Source of the DNA: Mobula hypostoma
Lineage: Eukaryota
Length of the DNA: 64,000 nucleotides
Direction of reading: 5' to 3'
Assembly: GCF_963921235.1 (NCBI RefSeq)
Contig: NC_086107.1
Coordinates: 93,126,001 to 93,190,000 of the forward strand
The first letter of the stretch is position 1. Each line of letters starts with the position of its first letter. Made by a program: the position numbers and the translations under genes. The notes beneath the pieces were generated by a model. That model had not been told where the DNA came from. It made no database searches and worked only from the letters and a program-made list of their open reading frames with translations. Positions 25,331 through 36,972 of the stretch are shown here, in pieces.

Positions 25331-25529
25331 TTTTAATTCAATGCGTTTCCTCACATTTAGCCAGGTATCATAAATGTTTATTAAATTTATTGGAGGCCAA
25401 TACTCAAGTAGGGTTTAAACAAGCCTTGCAGGAGGCTGGGAATCAGATCACCAAGTTAGTAAGAGAAGGATTGTACAGGAAGGCAGATGTCAGGGAAAGT
25501 ATTGATAGGCAAAATTAAAATAACAGGTA

Positions 25530-28452
25530 TGATGGGGCGAATAGTTTGAAGTGTGTGTATTCTAATGCTAGGAGTGTTATGGGTCAGGGTGATGAACATA
25601 GAACATGGATCAGTACATGGAACTATGATGTTGTGGCTTGGCTGAGAGAGGAGCAGGAATGGGTGATTAATGTACCAGGTTTTCAAAGTTTCAGAAAAGA
25701 TACCGAAGGAGGTAAAAAAAAGTGTTTTTGGGGGGTGGAGGAGGAGAGTTGCACTACTAATCAGGGACAATATCACATCTGCATTCCAGAGAGACATAAC
25801 GGAGGGTAGAACTCAACAGTAGGATGTGTGCAATCTCTCTGATTGGATTGTACTACTGACCTCCAATAGCCATTGGGACATTGAGGAACAGATATGTAAT
25901 CAGATTAAGGAAATGTGTTAAAATAATAGGGTTGTTGTCATGGGTGATTTCAACTTCCCTAATATAAACTGGGATCTTCTTAGTGCAAGGGGTTTAGATG
26001 GGGCAGGATTTGTCAAGTATATCCTTGAGAGTTTGTTAAATCAAAATATACATAGTCTGACGAGAGGACCAGAGCAAGAAAATTAACCTTAGGGTTGTAT
26101 GTGGTGACATATATATGAACTTTGATAATAAACTTACATTGAAATGTTGGATTAGATCAGTCAACTTTTAGAGGTGGATTAATTAATCAATATATACATT
26201 GTCTGGACCTGGTGTTGGGTTATGAGCCTGGCCAGGTGATTGACCTTGCAGTGGGTCAACATTTAGGGAACAATAATCACAACTTCTTAACTTTCAGGAC
26301 AGGGGAGAGTCTTAAATTGAAGTAGAGCAAATTACAAGGGCATTAGGCAGGAACTAGGAAGAGTTAATTAGGAACACCTTTCTTTCCGGCAAGTCCACAT
26401 TAGACATGTAGAGGGTGCTTAAAGATCAATTGCAAAGGGTACAGGAAAGGTATGTTCCTGTTAGAAGTAAGGATGGGGGTGAAAAGATAAGGGAACCTTG
26501 GATGTTCAGAAAGGTGATGAATTAAGTCAAAAATAAGAAGGTAAAGTATGCAAATCTTCAGCAGTTAGGATCAAATGGAGCAAATGAGTTTATAAGGAAG
26601 CCAGAAAAGAACTCAAGAAGGGTATTAGGAAAGCCAGGAGGGGCAGTGAAAAGTCCTTGGCAAGTCGGATTAAGGTGAATCCCAAGACATTCTACATATA
26701 ACCAAAAGCAAGAGAATAACGAGGGAGAGGGTGGGACCACTCAAGGATAAAGGGGGTAACATTTGCTTGGATGCAGAGAATGTGAATGAGGTACTTAATG
26801 AGTACTTTGCTTCAGTATTTACCAAGGAAAGGGATATGAAGGACCAGGAGATCAGTACTGCGTGTACAAATACATTAGGGTATTTAGATGTCGAAAAGGA
26901 GGAAGTGCTGGGCCCCCTTGGAACTATTAAGGTGGATAAGTCCCCAGGGCCTGATGGGATTTGCCCCAGGTTATTGAAGGAGGCAAGGGATAAGATTGCT
27001 CGGCCCTTGACCAGATCTTCCTGTCCTCTCTATCCACAGGCGAGGTTTGGAGGACTGACGAATAGCTAATGTTGTACCTCTATTTAAGAAGGGAACAAGG
27101 GAAATCCTGCGAACTATAGACTAGTGAGTCTCACATCAGTTGTAGGAAAATTGCTGGAGAAAATTCTTAGGGACAGGATGTATGAGCATTTAGGAGAACC
27201 AGCATGGTTTTGTGCGAAGCAACTTGCCACATACCAACTTGACTGAGTTTTTTGACAAAGTAAAGAGACAGATTGATGAAGTGGATGTTGGATTTTAGTA
27301 AAATGTTTGATGAAGTCCCTCATGGGAGTCTAATCCAGAAGATTAAGATGCATGAGGTCTGTGGCAAATTGTCTGTTCGGATTCAGAACTACCATATGCA
27401 TAGAAGACAAGAGGTAGTGGTTGAAGGGACTTATTCGAGATGGAGGTTTGTACTTAGTGGTGTTCTGCAGGAAACTGAGTTGAGATCTCTGTTTGATGGA
27501 TATAAATGACCTAGATGAAAATCTGGGTGGGTGGGTGGATGATACCAAGATTGGTGGAGTTGTGGATAGTGTAGAAGACTGGCAAAGAATACCACATGAT
27601 ATAGATCAGTTGCAGATATGGGCAGAGAAATGGCAGATGGAGTTTAACCCAGATGAATGTGAGGTGTTGCACCTTGGTAGGGAAAATGCAAGGAGGCAGT
27701 ACATTGTTAAGGGCAAGATCCTTAACAGTGTTGCTGAGCAGAGAAATCTTGGGGTCCAGGTTCATAGCTCCTTGAAAGTGGCTGCACAGGTCAATAGCGT
27801 GATTAAGAAAGCTTATGGAATGCTTGTTAGTTGATTTTGTTAGTTGAGGCATTGAGTTCAAAAGTCAAGAGATTATGTTGCAACTTTATAGAACTTTGGT
27901 TCGGCCACATTGTAGTATTGCTTACGTTTCTGGTTGCCCCACTATAATAAGGATGTTGAGGCTTTGGAGAGGGTGCAGAAGAGGTTTACCAGGATGCTGC
28001 CTGATTTACAGGGCACGTGCTATCAGGAGAGGCTGGAAAAACTTGGGTTGTTTTCTTTGGAGTACCAGAAGCTGAAGGGAGATCTGAAAGAAGTTTATAA
28101 GATTATGAGAGGAATAGATGGAGCAGACAGGGAGTATCTTTTCCCCAGGGTAGAAATGTCTAATACCAGAGGGCATGCGTTGAAGGTGAGACGGGGTCAG
28201 ATCAATGTGAGGGGCACGTTTTTGACTCAGAGAGTGGTGGATGCCTGGAATGTGCTGCCTGGTATGGTGGTAGAGGCAAATACATTAGAGGCTTTTAAGA
28301 GACATTGAGATAGGCACACAAATATGAGGAAGATGGAGGGATAGGGACATTGTGTAGGGAGGAGGGATTAGTTTTTTTTAATTTAAGTTTTTAGCTGGTT
28401 TGGCACAACATTATGGGTTGAGGGGCCTGTTCCCGTGCTGTAATGTTCTATG
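25530..28452 (+). mobile_element. Decayed CR1 ORF2 (APE endonuclease + RT) to 3' end
   Basis: CVYSNARS, MGDFNFP, KSPGPDGI, DDTKIGGVV, WQMEFN and CR1 3'UTR. Interrupted at about 26070-26205. Confidence 0.92.
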
Positions 28453-29142
28453 AGTTCACAGGTCAGAATGTTATCCCCAGTGAACTCAGCTTCTTCGTAG
28501 ACAACCATCCAGCCCCCACTGCAGGGTGAGAAGATCTCTGGTGGTGTAAGCTGTTATGTTCCAATCACATCTGATCAGGTAATGGAATAGACCATTTCTG
28601 TATGCAATGTTTTTGTTAACAAATAAATAATATTTACACCACACTAATGTCAAGCAAACTTATTGATGGTGCCCCGTGGAAGATGAATAAAGCAGAGACA
28701 GTGTGACGGCATCGTATGGTCACCCAGGCTGAACACGGCCCCTGTACAGCTTTTCTGTTCAAACTCGATGGAAGGTTACCAAGCAGACCAAGGCAAGATA
28801 AGGATGCAAACAAAAGTTTGTGGCATTCTTCAACTGCTGGGCGATTATTTTATTAATTCTAGAATATTACTGCTATTTAATGCATAAACTTCATTTGTTA
28901 TTAACAGTTGAAATATAGATTATGATTGTTATTTCACTTACCACAACACTGAACACAACCTCTGGACTCACTTTCAAAGACTCTACAACTCATGTTCTCA
29001 GAGTGATTTACTTATTACTTTTTTATTAATATTACTAATTTTTTGCACAGTTTGCCTTCTTTTGCACAACATTTTTTGTCAATCTTTGTGTGTAGTTTTT
29101 CAATGATTCCATTGTATTTTTTTGTTCTACTGTGAATGACTG

Positions 29143-29534
29143 TGTTGGACTATTGCGTTTGGGGACTGTGGACTATTTCTGAATTACGGTTTTTATATTC
29201 TGTGTTTGTTTATTGCCCATTCCTTTTGTGTTTTGTTGTGTGAGCGGGAGGTGTTTGGGGGATTGACGTTCTGTTGTGTTCTGTAAGATTTTTGTGTGGG
29301 TGAGGGGTTGATTTTTTTGGAGGTTGATGTTCCTGTTCTGGTGCAGGTGGAGAGGGGTTTTGGGGGTTGATGATCGGGATGCCATTCCTTTTTGTACGGT
29401 GGGGGGGGGGGTTGGTTTGATATTTCTCTCAAATGATTTTCATGTCCTTTCTTTGTTTTGTGGCTATCTGGAGAAGACAAATTTCAGAGTTGTATATGAT
29501 ACAAGTTTTTATAATAAATTACCCTTTGAACCTT
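29143..29534 (+). mobile_element. G/T-rich retroelement 3' fragment inserted in a Rex 3'UTR
   Basis: Flanked by the TSD tgaatgactg (29133) / tgaatgattg (29535). Ends in aataaattaccctttgaacct. Confidence 0.65.
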
Positions 29535-29849
29535 TGAATGATTGCAAGAAAATGAATCTTAGGGTTGAATTTGGTGACATACACATAGCTGGAAAATAAT
29601 GAGGAATTAATATTGAACTTAAATATGAAAATAATGCAACTTAAAAGTGCACAAACTTTCTGTTGAAACGACTTTGAGCTGTAACTTCAGTGAGAAGGGC
29701 TGAACTGTTCTTGTGCACAGGTAAGTAGAGTGTGATGGACAAATGAGTGTTGTCAGAGTCAAGTTGATTGAAGATGACAGTGTAACTATCATCCTTTTAC
29801 ATTACTAAGGCCATTTCACCTAAAATACAGTGTGAATGAGAGTGGGACT

Positions 29850-30100
29850 AATATTTATTTATCCAAATACAGTGCAAAATAGGCCCTTCCACCCTTTTGA
29901 GTCACGTCGCCCAGCAATCCCCCAATTTAATGTAGCCTAATTACAAGACACCTTTGGACTGTGGGAGGAAACCAGAACATCTGGAGGAAACCCACGCAGT
30001 CATGGGGAGAACATACAAACTCCTTACAAGCAGTGGTGGGAATTGAACTCCAGTCACCTATACTATAAAGCGATGTGCTAACCACAAGGCTACCATGCCC
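29850..30100 (-). mobile_element. V-SINE with a CR1-type tail
   Basis: Reversed V core plus tail atacagtgcaaaataggcccttcc. Confidence 0.7.
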
Positions 30101-30209
30101 AATGTAGAATTAGTGTAAATGCATAGACGGTCAGCACAGACCTGGTGGGTCTGTACTTGCTGGAGAGGGGATCTCACGGAAACCTATCAAATATTGAAAG
30201 GCTTAGGTA

Positions 30210-30515
30210 GAGTGGCCAAGTGGTTAAAGCATTCGACTAGCGATCTGAAGGTCATGAGTTTGAGCCCCAGCCGAGGCAACGTGTTGTGTCCTTGAGCAAG
30301 ACACATAATCACACAGTGCTCTGCGACAACACTGGTGCCAAGCTGTAGGGGTCCTAATGCCCTTCCCTTGGACAACATCAATGTCATGGAGAGGAGAGAC
30401 TTGCAGCATGGGTAACTGCTGGTCTTCCATACAACCTTGCCCAGGCCTGCGCCCTGGAGAGTGCAGACTTTCCAGGTGCAGATCCATGGTCTCGCAAGAC
30501 TAACAGATGCCTTTT
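30210..30515 (+). mobile_element. tRNA SINE with a CORE-like segment and RTE-derived body, nested in CR1 (about 30160-31110)
   Basis: A box TGGCCAAGTGG, degenerate B box, gtgtccttgagcaagacacataa, and imperfect TSD tagagtgg/taaagtgg. Confidence 0.7.
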
Positions 30516-30741
30516 TAAAGTGGACATGGAAGGGGTGTTTCCTATAGCGGGGGAGTCTAGGACCAGTAGGTACAGCCTCAGAACAGAAGGACGTCTCCTT
30601 AGAACAGACATGAGGAGGAATTGCCACAGATGGTTGTGGAGGCTGAGACATTGGGTACATTTAGAGTGGAGGTTAATAGGTTCTTAATTTAGGAACAGTG
30701 TCAAATGTTACGGGGAGAAGGCAGGAGAGTGGGGTTGAAAG

Positions 30742-31030
30742 GGTGGCATGGCAGCGTAGTGGTTAGCACAACGCTTTACAGGAGCAGCAACCCACTTTCA
30801 AATCCCACCACTGCCTGGAAAGAGTTTGTACATTCTCCCTGTGACTGCATGGGTTTCCTCCAGGTGCTCCAGTTTTCTCCCACAGTCCAAAGACGTACTG
30901 GTTGGTAGGTTAATTGGTCATTTTAAATTGTCCAGTGACTAGGCTAGGATTAAATCCAGGGATCGCTTGGAAGCATGGTTTGAAGAGCCAGAAGGGCCTA
31001 TTCTGCACTGTATCTCGATAACTAAATATA
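30742..31030 (+). mobile_element. HE1-like V-SINE with a CR1-type tail
   Basis: tRNA head gcgtagtggttagc, V core, tail gaagggcctattctgcactgtatctc. Confidence 0.78.
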
Positions 31031-31967
31031 TAAATCAGCCACAATGGAGTGGCAGAGCAGACTTGATGGGCTGAATGCCCTAATTCTGCTCCTCTGCCTA
31101 ATGGTCTTATGTGTTACGTTATTCCCTAGAACTTTATGGTTGAAGACCTGAGTGATTGTGGTTTCCTTTCCATTTGAAGCACTGGTGTCCAAAGTTTTAG
31201 GAGCAATCGGATCATGCAGTTCATCAGGAATGGGGGAACCAAGTCCAATATCTACAGCATTGTAGGTGCACCTTATACATACATCACCAGGTCTGGACAG
31301 GAAGACAGTATATGATCTAGAACCCGAATAGCAGAACTAATGCTAATTCTCTCTTTATCTGCAAGACATTGACTTGAATCTTATCTTCACTGATGAGATG
31401 ATTTTCCCTGCTGTAACACCAGACTACTTAACCTTTGGTCACATTTAGTATATGGGGATTTTAAAAGCCATTCATAAGGGCACTTCTCTTCTGCAAATAG
31501 AATCAGAATGTGAATCAGAATCAGGTTTATTATCACTAACATATGTTGTGAAATTTGTTGTTTTGTGGCAGCAGGACAGAGCAATACCCAAATATTAACT
31601 CTAACCCTAACCTTAACCCTAACACAATACATTAAAAAACTGTAAGCTGCAGTAAGGAACACTGTATAAAATATTTCGCAAAAAGAGAACATAATCATGA
31701 AGAAATGTTCATGGGTTCATGGGCTATTCAGAAATCTGATGGTGGAGAGGATGAAGCTGTTTCTAAATGTTGAATATGTGCTTTCAGGTTCCTGAACCTT
31801 CTCTCTGATGGTCATAATACTCCTCCAGCTGGAATAATGCTTGGGTTATTTAATGGTCATGAAAGGCATTAGATTAAGTTTCTTGCTTCCAAAATGAATA
31901 ACATGTTTATCATTATTTTCTCTCTTTCTGAAAGTGTTAAATTTTCATGGGAGTGTTTTGATGAAGT

Positions 31968-33840
31968 TGAACTTCAAAGTAAATTTATTAACAAATTACG
32001 TATATGTCACCATATACAACCCTGAGACTGAACCAACAGGGCAGATGACCTGTGTGCAAAAGGCAACAAACTTTGTAAATACAAAAATAAATCAAAAAAA
32101 TATATAAGAAATAAATATTGAGAACATGAGATGAAGAGTCTTTGAAAGTGAGTTCATAAGTTGTGGGAACAATTCAGTGATGGGGCAAGTGAAGCTGAAC
32201 AAAGTTATCCCCTCACTTTCAGAAGCCTGATGGTTGAGGGTAATATCTGCTCCTGAACCTGTTGGTATGAGTCCTGACTCTCCTGTACCTTCTTCCGGAT
32301 AGCAGCAGTGAGAAGAAAGTATTAACTGGGTGGTGGGAATCCTGTTGATGGATGCTGCTTTCCTGCATCAACACTCCGTGTGGGTTGCTCAATGGTGGGA
32401 AGGGCTTTACCCATGATGAACTGGGCCATATCGATCACTTTTTTCGTTCAAGGGCATTGGTGCTTCCATATTGGCTGTGATGCAGCCAGTCAATATACTG
32501 TACTCTCCACCACACATATACAGTATGGAGGATAATTAAAGTTATAGATGTCATGCCAAATCTTTGCACTGCAGTACTTTCTTTATAATTGCACTTACGT
32601 GCTGGGCCCATGACAGGTCCTCTGAAATGATAACAGAGGAATTTAAAGATGCTGACCCTCTCCACCTCTGATGCCCCGATAAGAATTGGCTCACGGACCT
32701 CTGGTTTCTTCTTCCCAAGGTCAATAATCAGCTCCTTGGTCTTGCTGACTTTGAGTAAAAGGCAGACATACTTTCAGACTCCCTCCTATATGCTGATTTG
32801 TAACCACCTTTGATTCATCGTATGTCAGTGGCATTTGTCAGCAAACGTAAATATGGCATTGGAGCCGTGCTTAGCAGTACGGTCATAAGTGTAAAGTGAG
32901 CAGAGCAGGGTCTAACCACACAGTGTTGTGATGCACCTATACAGATGGAGATTGTCGAGGAGATGTCGTTGGAAATCTAAACCAGTTAGGGTCTTCAAGT
33001 GAGGAAATGGAAAATCCAATAGAACGAGGAGGTATTGAGGCCAAGGTCTTGAAGGTTATTGATTAGTTTTGAGGGGATGATGGTACTGAATGCCGAGCTG
33101 CCATTGATAAAGATAATTCTGATGTGTGCATCTTTGCTGTCTAGATGTTCTTGGATTGAGTGAAGAGCTAGTGAGTTGGCATCTGCTGTGGACCTGTTGC
33201 TCCAGTAGGCAAATTGGAGCAGATCCAAGTTACTTCTCAGGCAGGAGTTGATATGTTTCATCACCGACCTCTCAAAACACTTCATCACAGTGGATGTAAC
33301 TGCTACTGGATGATAGTCATTAAGGCAGGTTATCATGTTCTTCTTAGGCACTGGTATAATTGAGGCTTGCTTAGAATAAATCAGTACCTCAGTTTGTCGC
33401 AGTGTAAGATTAAAGATCTCAGTGAACACTCTTCACCAATTGATGAACATAGATCTTTAGTACTCTGCCTGGTACCCTTTCTGGGCTGGATCCTTTCCAC
33501 AGGTTCACCCTCCTGAAGGATGCTGCTATGTCGGCCTCAGAGACTGAAATCACAGAATCATCGGGGGCTATGGGGGTTCGTAATGGTTCTTCCATGTTTT
33601 GATGGTCAAAGCAAGCATAGAAGGCAATGAGCTCATCTGGAAGCAAAGCCCTGTTGTCACCTATGTCACTTGATTTCACTTCATGAGAAGTCTTCACATT
33701 CAAGCCTTGCTGTCAAGTATCCTTTATTGATTCAAGTTTAGTCCAGAATGGCCACTTGTAAGATTGCTTGTTGGAAATCATACCTGGACCTCCTGTAACC
33801 TTCTTGGTTGCCAGACTAGAAAGCCTCTGATGTGGTTCAT
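31968..33840 (-). mobile_element. Decayed Rex1/Babar LINE (RT to 3' end)
   Basis: ORF 32995-33429 IIPVPKK..CLNDYHPVAVTSTVMKCFER..QFAY..NRST..SSAFSTIIP, with the family tail at about 31970. Confidence 0.9.
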
Positions 33841-33847
33841 CAGCTAA

Positions 33848-34690
33848 TGTCGGTGGATTTGTGGATAGTGAAGTTTTTCATAGATTACAGTGGAATATTG
33901 ACAGGATGCAGAGCTCAGCTGAGAAGTGGCAGATGGAGTTCGAACCAGAAAAATGTGAAGTGATTCCCTTTGGAGGGTCAAAATTTGAAGGTAGACTATA
34001 GTGTTAATAGCAGGATTCTTAACAGTGTGGAGGGATTTTGGGATCCATGTCCATAAATCCCTCAAAGTTGCTTTGCAAATTGATGGGGTGATTAAGAAGA
34101 TTTATGGTTTATTGGCCTTCATTAGTCTGGAGATTGAATTCAAGAGCTGCAACTCCATAAAACCCTGGTTAGATCATACGTGGAATATTATGGTCACCAC
34201 ATTATAGAAAGGATGTGTCATCTTTAGAGAGGATGCAGAGGAGATTTACCAGGACGCTGCATGGATTAGACAGCGTGTCTTACGAGGATAGGCTGAGCGA
34301 GTTAGGACGTTTCTCTCTAGAGCGAAGGAGGATGAGCAGTGACTTGATAGAGGTGAACAAGAAGATGAGGGCATAGATTAAATGAATAGTCATAGACTTT
34401 CTCCCAGGGTGGAAATGGCTAATATGAGGGGGAACAATTTTAAAGCGATCTTAGAAAGTATAGAGGAGATTTCAGAGGCAAGCTTTTAGTCAGACTGGGG
34501 AGTGTGTGGAATACACTGTCAGGGCGACGGTAGAGTCAGATGCATTAGGGGCATTTAAGAAACTCTTAGATAGGCAGATGGATGCTTAAAAAATGCAGGG
34601 CTATGTAGGAGGGAAGAATTAGATTAATCTTAGAGTAGGTTAACAGGTCAACACAAGGGTCTGTGCTGTGTTGTAATGATTTATGCTCTA
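33848..34690 (+). mobile_element. CR1 RT C-terminus to 3' end
   Basis: KWQMEF, GIHVHKSLKVA and RRFTR remnants. Confidence 0.85.
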
Positions 34691-35134
34691 AAGGTATATC
34701 CCATACAAAATCCAAGGTAGTGAAAGGAGTTAATGTCTGACATCACAGCTAAACAGTTTCCTCTTTGACCTGCTTTCACTGCACATGCACTTCCAGCATG
34801 AACAGTGGCTGGGGTTGAATGGAGGACAGCGATCCAGTTCATCAGCATCAGCACTGAAATGGCCCACCGAGCCCTTTAAGGGAACCCTGTGGACAGGGAA
34901 TATCTCTGCTATCATTCCCACCCGGCCAGGATGCGGCTTGCATTGCAGAGGGCTTCCATGCTAGTATTCCTCGGCTTCAGACTGCCTTTCCCTTGCAACC
35001 TGGAGATGAACAAGCAACAATATAAGGAGAAGCAAATCCCAATTGGGATGGGGGCATTCTTGATAAAGGAATACCTGTGACATCCAATACTTCATATCAG
35101 CATCCTTCCAGATGAGCCAGTGCTTCAGGACATC

Positions 35135-35188
35135 TACAAACACAAGAGATTCTGCAGATGCTGGAAGGCCGGAGTAACACATGCATGT

Positions 35189-35270
<82 letters not shown>

Positions 35271-35390
35271 ACACACACACACACACACAATGCTGGAGGA
35301 ACTTGGCAGGTCAACTGAAATGTTGATTGTTTACTTCCCTCCATGGATACTTCCAGACTTGCTGAGCTCCTAGAGCATTTGATGTGTTCA
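35135..35390. mobile_element. Penelope-terminus inverted repeat containing an expanded (CA)n (about 35189-35288)
   Basis: ctgcagatgctgg..(CA)n..aatgctggaggaact followed by the reverse arm gacttgctgagctcc..gcattt. Confidence 0.7.
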
Positions 35391-35765
35391 TCAGGACATC
35401 TAAAAAGCTTTGCCCAAGGATCTGGTTGATAGGATCAACCCTATTAACTCCTTACTGCTGTAACCTTTACCACCCATTCCAAATGACTGTCTCCTCCTTC
35501 TGGAGAAGATCTGTAAGGAAAGAGTTAAACGTGATTCTTCCTTGGTATATGCTAACTTCAAATGGATGTTTATAATACAAAATGGTGTTAGCCTGGAGGG
35601 GTATTGATTTGAGAAGGTAGAAGGAGTACTAGTGTACAGGCTTGAGAGTAGATACTGAAGAATACATAAAGCAAGAGAATATCTGCAGATGCTGGAAATC
35701 TAAGCATTACACACAAAATGCTGGAGGAACTCAGCAAGCCAGGTAGCATTATTGAAAAGGGTAAA

Positions 35766-35801
35766 CAGCTGACGTTTTGGGCTGAGGCCCTTCATCAGGG
35801 C
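35766..35801 (-). ncRNA. Minimal type I hammerhead ribozyme motif, probably inactive (G12A), within a PLE terminus (about 35668-35808)
   Basis: Minus strand: CTGATGA a GGGC ctca GCCC AAAAC GTC, with a perfect stem II and AAAA in place of GAAA. Confidence 0.55.
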
Positions 35802-36044
35802 TGATGAATACTTCTTTGTCTGGGGAAGGTGAGATCATTGGGCTGGTACAGATACCAAATGGTACCTTGCTATGGGAAAGTGCTAGTGCAAGGGGTTTTG
35901 AAATGTATAAAAAGAGACAATTTCTTTTTGCGAGTAGGGATCTTGTTTTAGGCCATGTCATGACTAGTGCCAGGTCTAAAATTTGAAGAAGGCAGGGACT
36001 GGGACATCGAGAGGGCGAGAGAAAGAGAGAGAGGATAGCATGAA

Positions 36045-36972
36045 GGATCAGCAAATTTGCTGATGGTACAAAGATTGGAGGTGTAGTAGACAGTGAGGAA
36101 GGTTTTCAGAGCCTGCAGAGGGACTTGGACCATCTGGAAAAATGGGCTGAAAAATGGCAGATGGAGTTTAATACAGACAAGTGTGAGGTATTGCACGTTG
36201 GAAGGACAAACCAACGTAGAACATACAGGGTTAATGCTAAGGCACTGAGGAGTGCAGTAGAACAGAGGGATCTGGGAATACAGATACAAAATTCCCTAAA
36301 AGTGGCGTCACGGGTAGATAGGGTCGTAAAGAGAGCTTTTGGTACATTGGCCTTTATTAATCAAAGTATTGAGTATAAGAGCTGGAATGTTATGATGAGG
36401 TTGTATAAGGCATTGATGAGACTGAGTCTGGAGGATTGTGTTCAGTTTTGGTCACCAAATTACAGGAAGGATATAAATAAGGTTGAAAGAGTGCAGAGAA
36501 GGTTTACAAGGATGTTGCTGGGACTTGAGAAACTCAGTTACAGAGAAAGGTTGAATAGGTTAGGACTTTATTCCCTGGAGCGTAGAAGAATGAGGGGAGA
36601 TTTGATAGAGGTATATAAAATTATGATGGGTATAGATAGACTGAATGCAAACAGGCTTTTTCCACTGAGGCAATGGGAGAAAAAACCAGAGGACATGGGT
36701 TAAGGGTGAGGGGGGAAAAGTTTAAAGAGAACATTAGGGGGGGCTTCATCACACAGAGAGTGGTGGGAGTATGGAATGAGCTGCCAGACGAGGTGGTAAA
36801 TGCGTGTTCTTTTTTAACATTTAAGAATAAATTGGACAGATACATGGATGGGAGGTGTATGGAGGGATATAGTCCGTGTGCAGGTCAGTGGGACTAGGCA
36901 GAAAATGGTTCGGTACAGCCAAGAAGGGCCAAAAGGCCTGTTTCTGTGCTGTAGTTTTTCTATGGTTTCTAT
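36045..36972 (+). mobile_element. Young 5'-truncated CR1 LINE
   Basis: ORFs 36125-36703 and 36673-36897 separated by one frameshift, FADGTKIGGVV upstream, and (TTTCTATGG) tail. Confidence 0.93.

Noticed and set aside
34961..35373. His/Thr- or Cys/Val-rich ORFs (also 11217-11742)
   Set aside because: Translations of (CA)n/(TG)n microsatellites.
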